The notes beneath the pieces were generated by a model. It was not told the origin of the DNA, did no database searches, and saw only the letters and a program-made list of their open reading frames with translations. A program made the translations under genes and the position numbers. A DNA stretch of 64,000 nucleotides from Patescibacteria group bacterium (GTDB lineage: Bacteria > Patescibacteriota > Microgenomatia > UBA8517), in contig JBBRBD010000005.1 of NCBI GenBank assembly GCA_038206135.1, positions 467 to 64,466 of the forward strand, in the 5' to 3' direction. The number at the start of each line of letters is the position of its first letter. Positions within the stretch are counted from its first letter, which is position 1. Shown here piece after piece: positions 36,353-46,221 of the stretch.

Positions 36353-37600
36353 ATGACTCTTTGTATGAGTGAAACGTTAAAATTTAAAAACCGAACACTC
36401 GCTGTTGTTTCATTCACAGTTTTTTTAGATATGCTTGGGTTTGGAATTCTAGTGCCACTCGTACCACTTCTAATCATAAACCCTCATGCTTCTTACTCAG
36501 TTTTAGGTCCCCAGGTTGGATCAGATGCTCGTTATATTGTTCTGGGGATTCTTATCGCTCTTTTTCCTTTTACCCAACTATTTGCCACTCCAATATTAGG
36601 TGATATATCCGATACGATCGGACGAAAGAAAGTACTGTTATTCTCGATAATAGGCACCTGCATTTCATATTTTCTTATGGTGCTTGGTGTTGAAATGAAA
36701 AGTATTTTGCTTTTACTAGTTGCTCGTGCACTTGACGGGGTGTCTGGTGGAAATCTCTCTGTAGCCCAAGCTGTGGTGGCCGACATAAGTCAGAAAGAAA
36801 CTCGTGCTCGCAATTTTGCCTTTCTTTCAGCCGCATTTGGACTCGGATTTGTTCTTGGTCCAATTGTTGGGACTCATTTACAAAGAAGTGTATGGGGACT
36901 CAGTACTCCATTTATAGTAACTTTTGTACTTTCTATAGTTAATATTATCTTTTTACAATTCTTTTTAGTTGAAACTCGAAAGAAATCTGCAATAAAAAAC
37001 AAAATTCGTTGGCACCGAGCGATTACTCACATCAAAAGTGCACTTCAAATGCGCGGTATTCGTCTGTATTTTACGGTAAACTTTTTTCTACAAGGTGCAT
37101 TTGCAACACTGACTGCATTTTTGTCAGTATTTGTGATTAATCGCTCAAGCTTATCAGAAAATCAGTTTGGTTTTGTACTTTCATATCTTGGAGTGTGGAT
37201 GGTTATTGGTCAAATAGCATTGACTAGAATAGTTGCAGCTAAATATGGAGAACTAAGAGCATTCTACTTTTGCTTACTTGGGCTTGCATTATCCACAGTC
37301 TCGCTTCTTTTAGCACATGGATTTATTTCATTTTTAATCATTACTCCATTTATTTCTATTTTTCTCGGGTTATCACAAGCTTTGTTGCTCAGTTTATTGA
37401 GCGGATCTGTCTCAAGTGCAGAGCAAGGGGAAGTAATGGGAATAAATACCTCTGTGACAGCACTAGCCCAAACAATACCGCCAATTCTTGGTGGTCTTGC
37501 AGCTGCTGCGTTTTCCCCTTCAACGCCAATTATTTTTGCGGCTGTGAGTTCACTCATAGCGTCAATTATCGTGAGAAGACGGGTGAAATTTGCGTCATAA
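36353..37600 (+). CDS. MFS transporter.
   Basis: It has 12 TM helices and the MFS motif A, GDISDTIGRKKVLL. Confidence 0.75.
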   Translation: MTLCMSETLKFKNRTLAVVSFTVFLDMLGFGILVPLVPLLIINPHASYSVLGPQVGSDARYIVLGILIALFPFTQLFATPILGDISDTIGRKKVLLFSIIGTCISYFLMVLGVEMKSILLLLVARALDGVSGGNLSVAQAVVADISQKETRARNFAFLSAAFGLGFVLGPIVGTHLQRSVWGLSTPFIVTFVLSIVNIIFLQFFLVETRKKSAIKNKIRWHRAITHIKSALQMRGIRLYFTVNFFLQGAFATLTAFLSVFVINRSSLSENQFGFVLSYLGVWMVIGQIALTRIVAAKYGELRAFYFCLLGLALSTVSLLLAHGFISFLIITPFISIFLGLSQALLLSLLSGSVSSAEQGEVMGINTSVTALAQTIPPILGGLAAAAFSPSTPIIFAAVSSLIASIIVRRRVKFAS

Positions 37601-37618
37601 ATACTGTAATATAAATAT

Positions 37619-38182
37619 ATGGACTTACGGACAATTCCTGATGAAGATTTGGTCGTGTATGTGCGCGAGGTAGATCTGAGCGTCTATCGTGAAGTTGTCG
37701 ATAGATATGATATACAACTTTTGCGTTATGCACGCAATTTGCTTGGAAATGAACTTACGGCTCATACTGTTGTTCAGGAATCTTTTATTTCGGTATATAA
37801 AAATATCAATGCATTTAATCCACGACTAAAATTATCAAATTTTTTGTACCGGGCGGTTCATCAAGAGGCATTGGGCTTTATCTCAAAACATTTGCATCAT
37901 GCGAAGAAAGGCGAATTTGAAGACTTTGCCGAAGAGTTTATAAGTGAGGAAGATATTGAGACGGAATTTTCAGATAAAGAACTTATAAAACATATCCAAA
38001 TGAGTTTGCATGCTTTACCGATAAAATATCGTGAACCTTTGATACTCCATTTCTTTGAACAAAAAAGCTACGATGAAATAGTTGGAATTTTGCAAATATC
38101 AGCCTCAGCTGTCGCTGCACGAATTTCTGTTGGAAAATCCCTTGTAAAAAAACATGTTGAAACGAAAAAAAATAACCACTGA
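37619..38182 (+). CDS. ECF-type RNA polymerase sigma-70 family factor.
   Basis: Region 2 (HTVVQESFISVYKN) and a region-4 HTH (SYDEIVGILQISASAVAARISVGKSLVKK) are present. Confidence 0.75.
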   Translation: MDLRTIPDEDLVVYVREVDLSVYREVVDRYDIQLLRYARNLLGNELTAHTVVQESFISVYKNINAFNPRLKLSNFLYRAVHQEALGFISKHLHHAKKGEFEDFAEEFISEEDIETEFSDKELIKHIQMSLHALPIKYREPLILHFFEQKSYDEIVGILQISASAVAARISVGKSLVKKHVETKKNNH

Positions 38183-38831
38183 ACCAGAACAACACGTGCT
38201 TGGTAGGCGTGTAATGGAGCGGATTCGTGCTGAGAAAATTGAGCCAGTTCCGGTCTCGACATTTCTAGTTCACAAACTGCTTTTAGGTATTGCAATAGCT
38301 TTGTCAGGATTTATTGCAGTTTTTTTTACAAGTATTGTGTTTTATCGAATAGTTGCAATTCAATTTTTTGGGAGAACGTTTATTTTTGAACACTTTCCAT
38401 GGTTTGCATCAGGCCTTGCCCTCTGTGGAGTGCTTCTCACTTTCGCATTGCTTGAATATTACAAAGTATTGTATAAGTTTTCGCTTATTAGTTTATTTAT
38501 TTTTGTCTGTGTTGTCTCAGCCGCAGGAGGATTTTTATTGAATAAAACACCCCTGCATACACGACTTGAAAACAGTATTGTGGGTGGAATATATGCGGTA
38601 GAGGAGACACCACTGCATGTATATGCGGGTCGTGCAATTGAAGTGCGGACACAAAACTCTTTTGTGCTAGAGACTTTAAGAGGTGACCACTTACATGTAT
38701 ACATTCCAGCCGGCGTAAGACTTCCAGCAGATGGAATCAATGAAGGGCAATCAATCTTTGTTGCAGGCTATCAAAAAGGAGGACAGTTTGTCGTTAAAGG
38801 TGTTCTAACAATTGGAAAACCGAAGGCTTAA
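38154..38831 (+). CDS. Membrane protein, putative anti-sigma factor.
   Basis: It overlaps the sigma gene's 3' end. A cytoplasmic N-terminus is followed by TM helices. Confidence 0.4.
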   Translation: MLKRKKITTEPEQHVLGRRVMERIRAEKIEPVPVSTFLVHKLLLGIAIALSGFIAVFFTSIVFYRIVAIQFFGRTFIFEHFPWFASGLALCGVLLTFALLEYYKVLYKFSLISLFIFVCVVSAAGGFLLNKTPLHTRLENSIVGGIYAVEETPLHVYAGRAIEVRTQNSFVLETLRGDHLHVYIPAGVRLPADGINEGQSIFVAGYQKGGQFVVKGVLTIGKPKA

Positions 38832-39226
38832 CGGAAGTTTATTTTACGAACTCCAAAGGTATTTGTCTTCTTCTCAACTGGTTTCATGATCATACGCTTA
38901 ATACCTACTTGGTCAATTTTTGGGAAGTGTTTTCGCACTTCTTCTTGAAATTTTTCTGCAAGTTTACTGGTATAACTGCTAAAGCCGTTTACTTCACTCC
39001 GTTTACACAAAATATCTTCATATTTTCTCACAATTCCCATGACAAGTTTCCCTTTTTCATTGAATTGCTCCTGTGCTTTCGATTCATTCAATGCGTATTC
39101 ATCGTGAATCTTTTGAAATTCGTCAAAAAGCGCTTTATTGTCATGAACCATTTGTTCGTACGCTTCTTTGTATCTGGTTTGTGCCATATGTAAATTGATT
39201 ATACAAAATGAAAACGAAATCTTCAC
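38828..39226 (-). CDS. Hypothetical protein. Its likely start is ATG 39184, possibly as a leaderless transcript.
   Basis: A TATAAT element lies 7 nt upstream of the ATG (MAQTRYKEAYEQ...). The protein is K/E-rich and helical. Confidence 0.35.
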   Translation of the reverse strand: MKISFSFCIINLHMAQTRYKEAYEQMVHDNKALFDEFQKIHDEYALNESKAQEQFNEKGKLVMGIVRKYEDILCKRSEVNGFSSYTSKLAEKFQEEVRKHFPKIDQVGIKRMIMKPVEKKTNTFGVRKINFR

Positions 39227-39229
39227 CCA

Positions 39230-39258
39230 TTAAAAACACCCTCAGTATCTGAGGGTGT
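39230..39258 (-). terminator. Minus-strand rho-independent terminator.
   Basis: CACCCTCAG-tat-CTGAGGGTG followed by a T5 tract on the minus strand. Confidence 0.55.
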
Positions 39259-39272
39259 AGAGAGTATGCGCT

Positions 39273-39647
39273 TTATCGCGTTTTATCTCTCTTTGCATTG
39301 TGAGAAAGTGGTCGCCCTGTGTGTGTCTTGCCGTTAATATGACGAAATTTCACTTTCCATTGTCGCAACTGTGCGTGACTCGGATACAGGTGAATAAAAG
39401 GTCCACTGGCTGCTGTTATGCTAGGCAGTTGCGAGGCACGTTCCCTGAATTTTAACGGGCGAATGGCAGAAAATGTTGGTAACAAGCCATAGGTGTCACC
39501 TGAACTCAACGGTAATTGAACCGGGACGAAACAGGCTAAAACACCGCCGTTCTTTGCTTGACGTCCACTTTGGAGCAACATATAGCGAGTGACGATCATT
39601 ATGGTTACCACTACCGTCAATGAAAAAGCCAGGCTAGTCGTATTCAT
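39273..39647 (-). CDS. Hypothetical membrane-anchored basic protein.
   Basis: A strong GGGAGGAAAAC-ATG RBS precedes it. It has one N-terminal TM helix and a K/R/H-rich C-terminus. An upstream TTGTGT-17-TATAAT promoter is present. Confidence 0.5.
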   Translation of the reverse strand: MNTTSLAFSLTVVVTIMIVTRYMLLQSGRQAKNGGVLACFVPVQLPLSSGDTYGLLPTFSAIRPLKFRERASQLPSITAASGPFIHLYPSHAQLRQWKVKFRHINGKTHTGRPLSHNAKRDKTR

Positions 39648-39709
39648 GTTTTCCTCCCAAAGTAAATAAACTTGAAGAAATTATACTATAAGTCTATCAA
39701 TAACACAAA

Positions 39710-39976
39710 TCACTGTGTATTGTCTTTCGTTTTTTGATACCAACTGAACATATTTGCTGCGTATACATCAAGCTTTTGCATTTCTATCATTACTTGGTCC
39801 CGAATTTCAAGCGAACTAAACTCTTGTTTGTTCTGAGCTTGTACCCAGGTTTTTAAATTATTAACGAGAGTTGTAGCATTATCGGGAGAAAGACCAGCAG
39901 CGACTACAACGCGGTCAATCTTTTCTTCATCAAATGGTTCCTTTGTTCCATCTCTCTTTATTATTTGTATATTCAT
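39710..39976 (-). CDS. Stand-alone ATP-cone domain protein, 88 aa.
   Basis: IIKRDGTKEPFDEEKI...SSLEIRDQVMIEMQKLDVYAANMFSWYQ matches the ATP-cone consensus. No zinc ribbon or catalytic domain is fused. Confidence 0.65.
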   Translation of the reverse strand: MNIQIIKRDGTKEPFDEEKIDRVVVAAGLSPDNATTLVNNLKTWVQAQNKQEFSSLEIRDQVMIEMQKLDVYAANMFSWYQKTKDNTQ

Positions 39977-40077
39977 GCGATGTCTATTCTAGACGAGTAT
40001 TAGATTTAAGGCAAACTTGATATGGGACCTATAATGAATTAAAATACAATATCAATATTGCTAGCGAAGGGACACGT

Positions 40078-40542
40078 ATGTATTTAACTGCAGAAACAAC
40101 TGCCGCGATCAATGAATGTGGTGCACGACTTTCGCAAGACGCTGAGGCTTACGAAGAAGCAAAGCAGCTGTTTGAAAAGCTTAATAAGTCTTTGCGGAGT
40201 CCAGTAAGCGTACAGGTGCTTGAACAAAGTAAAGATGTTGCAAATAGAGTAGGATTTCCGAGCGAATTTCGTGAAGCAGATAGCTTACAACGATGCTTGA
40301 ATGAGATTCTAAACGTCGCCCGCCGCTTCCGACAACAGCAACGGCTTGCCACTGTTGCAGGTGCTGAAAGCTTTACCGTCGGATTGTTTGTAATTAGGCA
40401 CAAGGAGTACGGAATTTGGGTTGAGGGTTTTGTAGTTGCAATTCATCCAAACGGAACGTTCACTTTTCGCGCGTCAGACAGGAAAGGTGTAGTACTTGAT
40501 CCCTGTAATCAAGTTACTGTCTGCCCAAAAGAGGATCGATAG
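40078..40542 (+). CDS. Hypothetical protein, 154 aa, with higher GC than its neighbors.
   Basis: A terminator follows the ORF. Confidence 0.4.
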   Translation: MYLTAETTAAINECGARLSQDAEAYEEAKQLFEKLNKSLRSPVSVQVLEQSKDVANRVGFPSEFREADSLQRCLNEILNVARRFRQQQRLATVAGAESFTVGLFVIRHKEYGIWVEGFVVAIHPNGTFTFRASDRKGVVLDPCNQVTVCPKEDR

Positions 40543-40554
40543 ATTATGTTCAAA

Positions 40555-40583
40555 TTGACGGCTCATGTAGCCGTCTTTTTTTG
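40555..40583 (+). terminator. Rho-independent terminator.
   Basis: GACGGCT-catgt-AGCCGTC followed by TTTTTTTG. Confidence 0.6.
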
Positions 40584-40636
40584 TGTCAATTTGAATACTC
40601 AGCAAATATTCAGCTGTATAGATATACTATATTTAT

Positions 40637-41311
40637 ATGAGAATACTTGTTGTTGAAGATGAACATAAAATTGCCAACTCTATAAAAAAAGGACTTGAAC
40701 AAGAGTCTTTTGCAGTGGACATCGCCTATGATGGCGTGGAAGGCTATGACCTTGCGTCTACTGAACCGTACGATGTCATTTTATTAGACCTCATGCTTCC
40801 TGGTATGAATGGAATGGAAATTTGCAAAAAACTTCGTGAAAATAAAGTGCACACTCCTATTTTAATGCTTACCGCCAGAGGAGAAATTGAAGATAGAGTA
40901 AAGGGCTTAAATACGGGAGCTGATGATTATCTAATCAAACCGTTTGCCTTTGAAGAGCTTGTGGCGCGTATTAAGGCAATTGCGAGAAGACCGAAAGAGG
41001 CTATTGAAACGCTGATAAAAATGGACACCCTATCGCTCGACACGACCAGTTATGCAGTAAAGAGAGGTGAAACAGCAATAGATCTAACTAGGAAGGAGTT
41101 CTCGCTTCTTGCATTTTTAATGCGTCACAATGGTCAAACATTAAGTAAAGAGCAAATTATGGAATCTGTGTGGAGTTATGAAGCAGATATATTACCAAAC
41201 ACCGTTGAAGTATATATTGGCTATTTGCGAAACAAAATTGATCGAGCATTTCCTCATGAGAAACAGCTTGTGCACACTGTTCGTGGATTTGGGTATAAAC
41301 TTAGTCCATAA
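40637..41311 (+). CDS. OmpR-family response regulator.
   Basis: It has a receiver domain (ILVVEDE...LLDLMLPGMNG) and a winged-helix output domain. Confidence 0.9.
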   Translation: MRILVVEDEHKIANSIKKGLEQESFAVDIAYDGVEGYDLASTEPYDVILLDLMLPGMNGMEICKKLRENKVHTPILMLTARGEIEDRVKGLNTGADDYLIKPFAFEELVARIKAIARRPKEAIETLIKMDTLSLDTTSYAVKRGETAIDLTRKEFSLLAFLMRHNGQTLSKEQIMESVWSYEADILPNTVEVYIGYLRNKIDRAFPHEKQLVHTVRGFGYKLSP

Positions 41312-41314
41312 CTG

Positions 41315-42301
41315 ATGCAAATATTCCACTTCACACGAGTTAAGCTTACCTCCTGGTATGTTGCCATCATTATGATTGTTAGTATTTCGTTTAGTGGATT
41401 TGTATACCGTGGCGTTATGGCCGAAGTCAGCCGTGGCCTTCACTTGAGAGCTGTACGCACACCTTTTTATTCTGAGCAATATTTAGCAGATGATGATGCA
41501 CTCTATGAAGAAATTCGAAAACAGGTAATAACACAACTTATGCTTGTTAATTTAGTTATTTTTGCAGGAAGTGCAGCTGCTGGGTATTTTCTTGCGGGAA
41601 GAACACTAGCTCCAATTGAGATTATGCTTGAAGAACAAAAACGTTTTGTTGGTGATGCTTCACATGAGTTGCGGACCCCTTTAACTTCACTAAGAACTGA
41701 AATTGAAGTTGCACTTCGTACTAAAGATCACAATGCTGAAACAAAAGAGCTTTTACAAAGTAACCTTGAAGAAGTAAATAAAATGCAATCACTTACGGCT
41801 TATTTATTAAGTCTTTCTCGGTATGAGCGGGGAGACCTGAAACTCGTAAAAGAAACAATGTCACTTGATGGTGCGGTTAAAAAAGCAGTTAAAGCGCTTT
41901 TGCCACAGGCAGAAAAACGAAAAGTAAAAATTAAAGTAAATACAATCCCAGTTGAAATAGTTGGAAACCAGGCAAGTATTGCCGAGCTTATAACAATACT
42001 TTTAGATAATGCAATTAAGTACAGCAACGAAAACAGTGCTGTTTCAATACGAGTTAAGAGAGTAGGAACGCGGTCAGTTCTAGAAATTGTCGACAGGGGA
42101 ATGGGTATTAAAGGCGCAGATCTCCCGCACATTTTTGATCGTTTTTATCGAGCCGACTTATCTCGAACTAAGAAAAACATTGATGGGTACGGACTGGGGC
42201 TTTCAATTGCGAAAAGTATAGTTGAGCTACACAATGCAAAAATAGACGTTAAAAGTATCCTTGAAAAAGGTACAACCTTCACCGTTACTTTTGTTCGCTA
42301 A
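41315..42301 (+). CDS. Sensor histidine kinase.
   Basis: It has two TM helices, the HisKA H-box HELRTPLTSL, and N, G1 and G2 boxes. Confidence 0.85.
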   Translation: MQIFHFTRVKLTSWYVAIIMIVSISFSGFVYRGVMAEVSRGLHLRAVRTPFYSEQYLADDDALYEEIRKQVITQLMLVNLVIFAGSAAAGYFLAGRTLAPIEIMLEEQKRFVGDASHELRTPLTSLRTEIEVALRTKDHNAETKELLQSNLEEVNKMQSLTAYLLSLSRYERGDLKLVKETMSLDGAVKKAVKALLPQAEKRKVKIKVNTIPVEIVGNQASIAELITILLDNAIKYSNENSAVSIRVKRVGTRSVLEIVDRGMGIKGADLPHIFDRFYRADLSRTKKNIDGYGLGLSIAKSIVELHNAKIDVKSILEKGTTFTVTFVR

Positions 42302-42364
42302 GCTTATCTTCAGTTTTCCTTGATACGCTGTACCTTCAATGAGAAAGCGAGGTGATCTACACAA

Positions 42365-42850
42365 ATGAAAAAGCGAGTAATTATTCCGACCATTGCATTA
42401 ATTGCAATTCTTGGAGCAGTCACTATTGGAACTGTTACTGTTTCTGCACAAAGCCCGATGTATGGAAACTTGATCACACAAATCGCACAGAAATTTAATT
42501 TGAAAGAGAGTGATGTGCAAGATGTTGTTAATCAAGTAAGAGCGACGCAACAGACCACGATGAAAACAAAGTGGCAAGATCGATTAACTCAAGCGGTGAC
42601 TGATGGCAAAATAACTGATGTACAAAGACAAGCAATTATTGCCAAGCATAATGAGCTGCAGACTCAGTTCACAAGCCTGCAAGGATTATCAGTGACAGAC
42701 CGTAAGGCAAAGATGGCTCAAATTCAGTCTGATCTGAAAACATGGGCAACTGCAAATGGACTTGATAGTAAATTTTTGGGACTCATTGGAATGAGACCTG
42801 GGTTTAGAGGAGGATTCAGATTAGGGTATTGGGCAGGAAATAATTCATAA
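42365..42850 (+). CDS. Hypothetical secreted protein.
   Basis: It has a signal peptide. Confidence 0.4.
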   Translation: MKKRVIIPTIALIAILGAVTIGTVTVSAQSPMYGNLITQIAQKFNLKESDVQDVVNQVRATQQTTMKTKWQDRLTQAVTDGKITDVQRQAIIAKHNELQTQFTSLQGLSVTDRKAKMAQIQSDLKTWATANGLDSKFLGLIGMRPGFRGGFRLGYWAGNNS

Positions 42851-42871
42851 TTATTTCTTTACGCTCGCATG

Positions 42872-42906
42872 AGGAAATGCCGCCTAGAAAGCGGCATTTC
42901 TTTTTG
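42872..42906 (+). terminator. Rho-independent terminator.
   Basis: GAAATGCCGC-ctagaaa-GCGGCATTTC followed by TTTTTG. Confidence 0.6.
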
Positions 42907-42969
42907 ATATAAAAACTATATCTATTTTTCAGTCTGCTCTCAGGAAAAACGCTCATGCTATGATCAATT

Positions 42970-44229
42970 ATGATTAATCTTAGGGGGAAAATTAAAACAT
43001 TTGTATTTGGTCACAAACGAATTTCAGGCGTTGTGGCCCTTTTCTTGATGATTGCAGTTGTGCTTATTATTCGTAACCGAAATACCGCAACTCAGACCGT
43101 GACCCAGACTGGAACTGTCGATCGAGGTACGCTTGTTGTGAGTTTAGCCTCTTCTGGAGTTGTAACTGCAGCCAACAGTGCAACGGTTGACACCGCAGCT
43201 ACTGGAGTTGTTAAAAAGATATATGTCCAAAATGGACAAATGGTTAAATCAGGTGATCCAATAATTGAACTAGATCTTGACCAAGATTCAAAGCAAAAAT
43301 ATCTAGCAGCTTCTGCTTCATATATTAGCGCAAAAAATGCGGTAGCTTCTGCGCAGAACAGTCTTAACACCTTGCAAGCTTCAATGTTTAATGCAAATGC
43401 AAAATTTATTAATGATGCATCTGCGAGAAACCTTGATTCCACGGATCCTACATATATTCAAGAAAATGCAACCTGGTTGGCGGCTGAAAATTCTTATAAG
43501 AATCAACAGAATGCAATTTTAGCGTCAGAACAATCTCAGAGTAGTAATTGGCTTTCATATAAAAGTGCTTCACCTGTTGTTTATGCTCCAATTTCAGGTG
43601 TAGTTAACGGACTTTCCTTGACTGCAGGATCAGTTATTTCGTCTCAGTCCTCAAATTCAAATGCTGCGAGTGCGCAGCGAATTGCAAGTGTCGTGACTGG
43701 CGCAAATCCGACAATTACGTTGAATTTAACTCAAATTGATGTTCCTAAGGTGAAAATTGGAGACCGTGCAACGGTGACCCTTGATGCATTCGCTGGAAAA
43801 ACATATACCGGTAAAGTCGTGAGTATCGATACCGTGGGGAGTGTAAGTAGTAATGTCAGTACATATCCAACAGTTATTCAACTTGATACACAAAACACTG
43901 AAATGTATCCAAATATGAGTGCCACGGCCAATATTATTTTGGACACAAGAGACAATGTTCTTTTAGTACAAAAAAGTGCGGTGCAAACAGCAAATGGCCA
44001 GTCAACAGTACGCATTATGAAAAATGGAGTTATGCAAAGCGTAAATGTTGAACTTGGTAAAAGTAGTGACACCCAAACTGAAATAGTTTCAGGCTTGTCC
44101 GAGGGAGATACTGTGATCACGAGTATTACAACATCAGCTACTTCGAAAACAACAACAGGTACCACTTCAATATTTAGTGGACTAAATAGATCTGGTGGAG
44201 CGGCTGTTAGAGTGCAAAGGGGAGGTTAA
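42970..44229 (+). CDS. HlyD/MacA-family periplasmic adaptor (membrane fusion) protein.
   Basis: An N-terminal TM helix is followed by a coiled-coil and a beta-barrel. It precedes a MacB-type ATPase and permease. Confidence 0.6.
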   Translation: MINLRGKIKTFVFGHKRISGVVALFLMIAVVLIIRNRNTATQTVTQTGTVDRGTLVVSLASSGVVTAANSATVDTAATGVVKKIYVQNGQMVKSGDPIIELDLDQDSKQKYLAASASYISAKNAVASAQNSLNTLQASMFNANAKFINDASARNLDSTDPTYIQENATWLAAENSYKNQQNAILASEQSQSSNWLSYKSASPVVYAPISGVVNGLSLTAGSVISSQSSNSNAASAQRIASVVTGANPTITLNLTQIDVPKVKIGDRATVTLDAFAGKTYTGKVVSIDTVGSVSSNVSTYPTVIQLDTQNTEMYPNMSATANIILDTRDNVLLVQKSAVQTANGQSTVRIMKNGVMQSVNVELGKSSDTQTEIVSGLSEGDTVITSITTSATSKTTTGTTSIFSGLNRSGGAAVRVQRGG

Positions 44230-44245
44230 TTACACGTATTTATGT

Positions 44246-44944
44246 ATGATCAATGTTACACATTTAAGCAAAATCTATCGAACAGAACTTCTTGAAACGG
44301 TCGCGCTTTCAGATGTCACCTTCAATATAAAAAAGGGCGAATTTGTAGCAATAATGGGGCCTTCAGGTTCTGGAAAATCAACATTGATGCATATTTTAGG
44401 AGCGCTTGACCGCCCAACAAGTGGATCATATGTTCTGGATGGACAGAATGTTGAAAATCTGTCTGATGACGATTTAGCAGACATTCGAAATCAAAAAATT
44501 GGGTTTATTTTTCAAGCTTTTAATTTACTTCCACGAACAACCGCACTCAAAAATGTAATGTTACCGATGAGTTATGCTGGAATTGAAAAGGAAGAACGAG
44601 AAAAACGTGCTCGAAAATATTTAGAAATGGTTGGTCTAAAAGACCGAATGAACCACACTTCTGGACAACTGTCAGGTGGGCAGCAGCAGCGAGTTGCTAT
44701 TGCCAGAGGTCTTGCCATGAACCCGGCAATACTTCTAGCAGATGAACCGACTGGAAACATCGCAAGCAATCAGGCTGAAGAAATAATGGCGATATTTCAA
44801 AAATTAAATGATGATGGGCATACGGTTGTTATGATTACTCATGAACCTGATATAGCAGAACACGCAAAGCGAATTTTGCATGTAAAAGATGGAAAACTTG
44901 TTCGAGATGAAATCATAAAAAAGCGCAGAATTGCTAAAAAATAA
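44246..44944 (+). CDS. ABC transporter ATP-binding protein of the MacB/LolD/FtsE type.
   Basis: Walker A GPSGSGKST, the signature LSGGQQQRVAIAR and Walker B ILLADEPT are present. Confidence 0.9.
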   Translation: MINVTHLSKIYRTELLETVALSDVTFNIKKGEFVAIMGPSGSGKSTLMHILGALDRPTSGSYVLDGQNVENLSDDDLADIRNQKIGFIFQAFNLLPRTTALKNVMLPMSYAGIEKEEREKRARKYLEMVGLKDRMNHTSGQLSGGQQQRVAIARGLAMNPAILLADEPTGNIASNQAEEIMAIFQKLNDDGHTVVMITHEPDIAEHAKRILHVKDGKLVRDEIIKKRRIAKK

Positions 44945-44946
44945 AT

Positions 44947-46170
44947 ATGGAATATTTTGAAATTTTCAAAGAAGCATTTGGAAACCTCACTATTAATAAA
45001 TTGAGAACTGGACTTGCAGTTCTTGGAATCGTAATCGGAATTGGTTCAGTTATTGCACTTATTTCACTTGGGCAAAGTTCACAAAAATCTGTTGAAAATC
45101 AAATTCAATCTCTTGGGGCAAATCTTCTGACCGTAATTCCGGGAGCGCAAAGTTCAGGAGGTGTTCGGGGTGCAAGTGGTGGTAACACAACACTTACCCT
45201 CGACGATGCGTTATCAATGAAAATCTCTGCCGATGTCCCAGATATTTCAGACGTGTCTCCAGAATATTCCAGTCGATCACAGGTAGTCGCAGGAGGAAGT
45301 AATTCAAACACACAAGTAACCGGTGTATACCCACAATATCAAACAATTCACAAAGTCTATCTTTCTGATGGAGTTTTTTTTACACAGAGTGATATTGATT
45401 CATTGGCTAGAGTTGCTGTAATAGGCCCGACAACCGCTACCAACTTGTTTGGAGACAGTTTAGGTGCACTGGGACAAACAATTCGTGTAAATGGGCAGTC
45501 ACTTACTGTAGTTGGGGTAACTGTATCAAAGGGAGGAACAGGTTTTAGCAATCCAGATGATGCAATTTACGTACCTCTTTCAACTGCGATGAAAGTGCTC
45601 TTTGGCTCAACTCATATTTCTACAATTTCTGTTGAAGCAAAAACTGCTGATGTTATGACCCAAGCACAAGATGAAGTTGGCTATTTTTTATTGAAGAGAC
45701 ATAACATTACAGATCCAGCTTCTGCTGACTTCACCATTTTTTCTCAAAACGATATTTTGAGTACTGCTTCAAGTGTGACGGGTACATTTACCGCACTTCT
45801 TGGTGGTGTTGCTGCTATTTCGCTCCTTGTCGGTGGAATTGGAATTATGAATATTATGCTCGTCACGGTAACAGAGCGAACCCGTGAAATTGGGCTTCGA
45901 AAGGCACTTGGTGCAAAACGAAAAATTATTATTACCCAGTTTTTAATAGAAGCAACGCTTTTGACAGCCCTCGGAGGATTCTTTGGAATGATTTTGGGTA
46001 TTGGTATTTCGTATGTATTGTCTCTCATTATGACCTTGCCATTTACCGTCTCTCCAACGTCAGTTTTGTTAGCGATTGGTGTATCTGGAGGAATTGGGAT
46101 ATTGTTTGGCTGGTACCCCGCTCGAAAAGCGGCAGCACTACAGCCAATTGAAGCGCTGAGATATGAATAA
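44947..46170 (+). CDS. FtsX-like ABC permease of the MacB type.
   Basis: TM1, a large extracytoplasmic domain and three C-terminal TM helices are present. Confidence 0.8.
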   Translation: MEYFEIFKEAFGNLTINKLRTGLAVLGIVIGIGSVIALISLGQSSQKSVENQIQSLGANLLTVIPGAQSSGGVRGASGGNTTLTLDDALSMKISADVPDISDVSPEYSSRSQVVAGGSNSNTQVTGVYPQYQTIHKVYLSDGVFFTQSDIDSLARVAVIGPTTATNLFGDSLGALGQTIRVNGQSLTVVGVTVSKGGTGFSNPDDAIYVPLSTAMKVLFGSTHISTISVEAKTADVMTQAQDEVGYFLLKRHNITDPASADFTIFSQNDILSTASSVTGTFTALLGGVAAISLLVGGIGIMNIMLVTVTERTREIGLRKALGAKRKIIITQFLIEATLLTALGGFFGMILGIGISYVLSLIMTLPFTVSPTSVLLAIGVSGGIGILFGWYPARKAAALQPIEALRYE

Positions 46171-46221
46171 CAATTTTAAGCATTTATTCAGAAACTACAT
46201 ATAAAGTGTTGAATACTGGAG

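Noticed and set aside
39230-39660. A GC-richer stretch of about 400 nt containing an oddly basic ORF. I considered a structured ncRNA such as RNase P RNA or tmRNA.
   Set aside because: - Neither strand shows the RNase P motifs (GGAAAGTCCGGGC, ACAGAACCCGGCTTA) or tmRNA ends.
- The minus strand has a textbook GGGAGGAAAAC-ATG RBS, an N-terminal TM helix, an upstream TTGTGT-17-TATAAT promoter and a downstream terminator.
- I therefore annotated it as a protein-coding gene.
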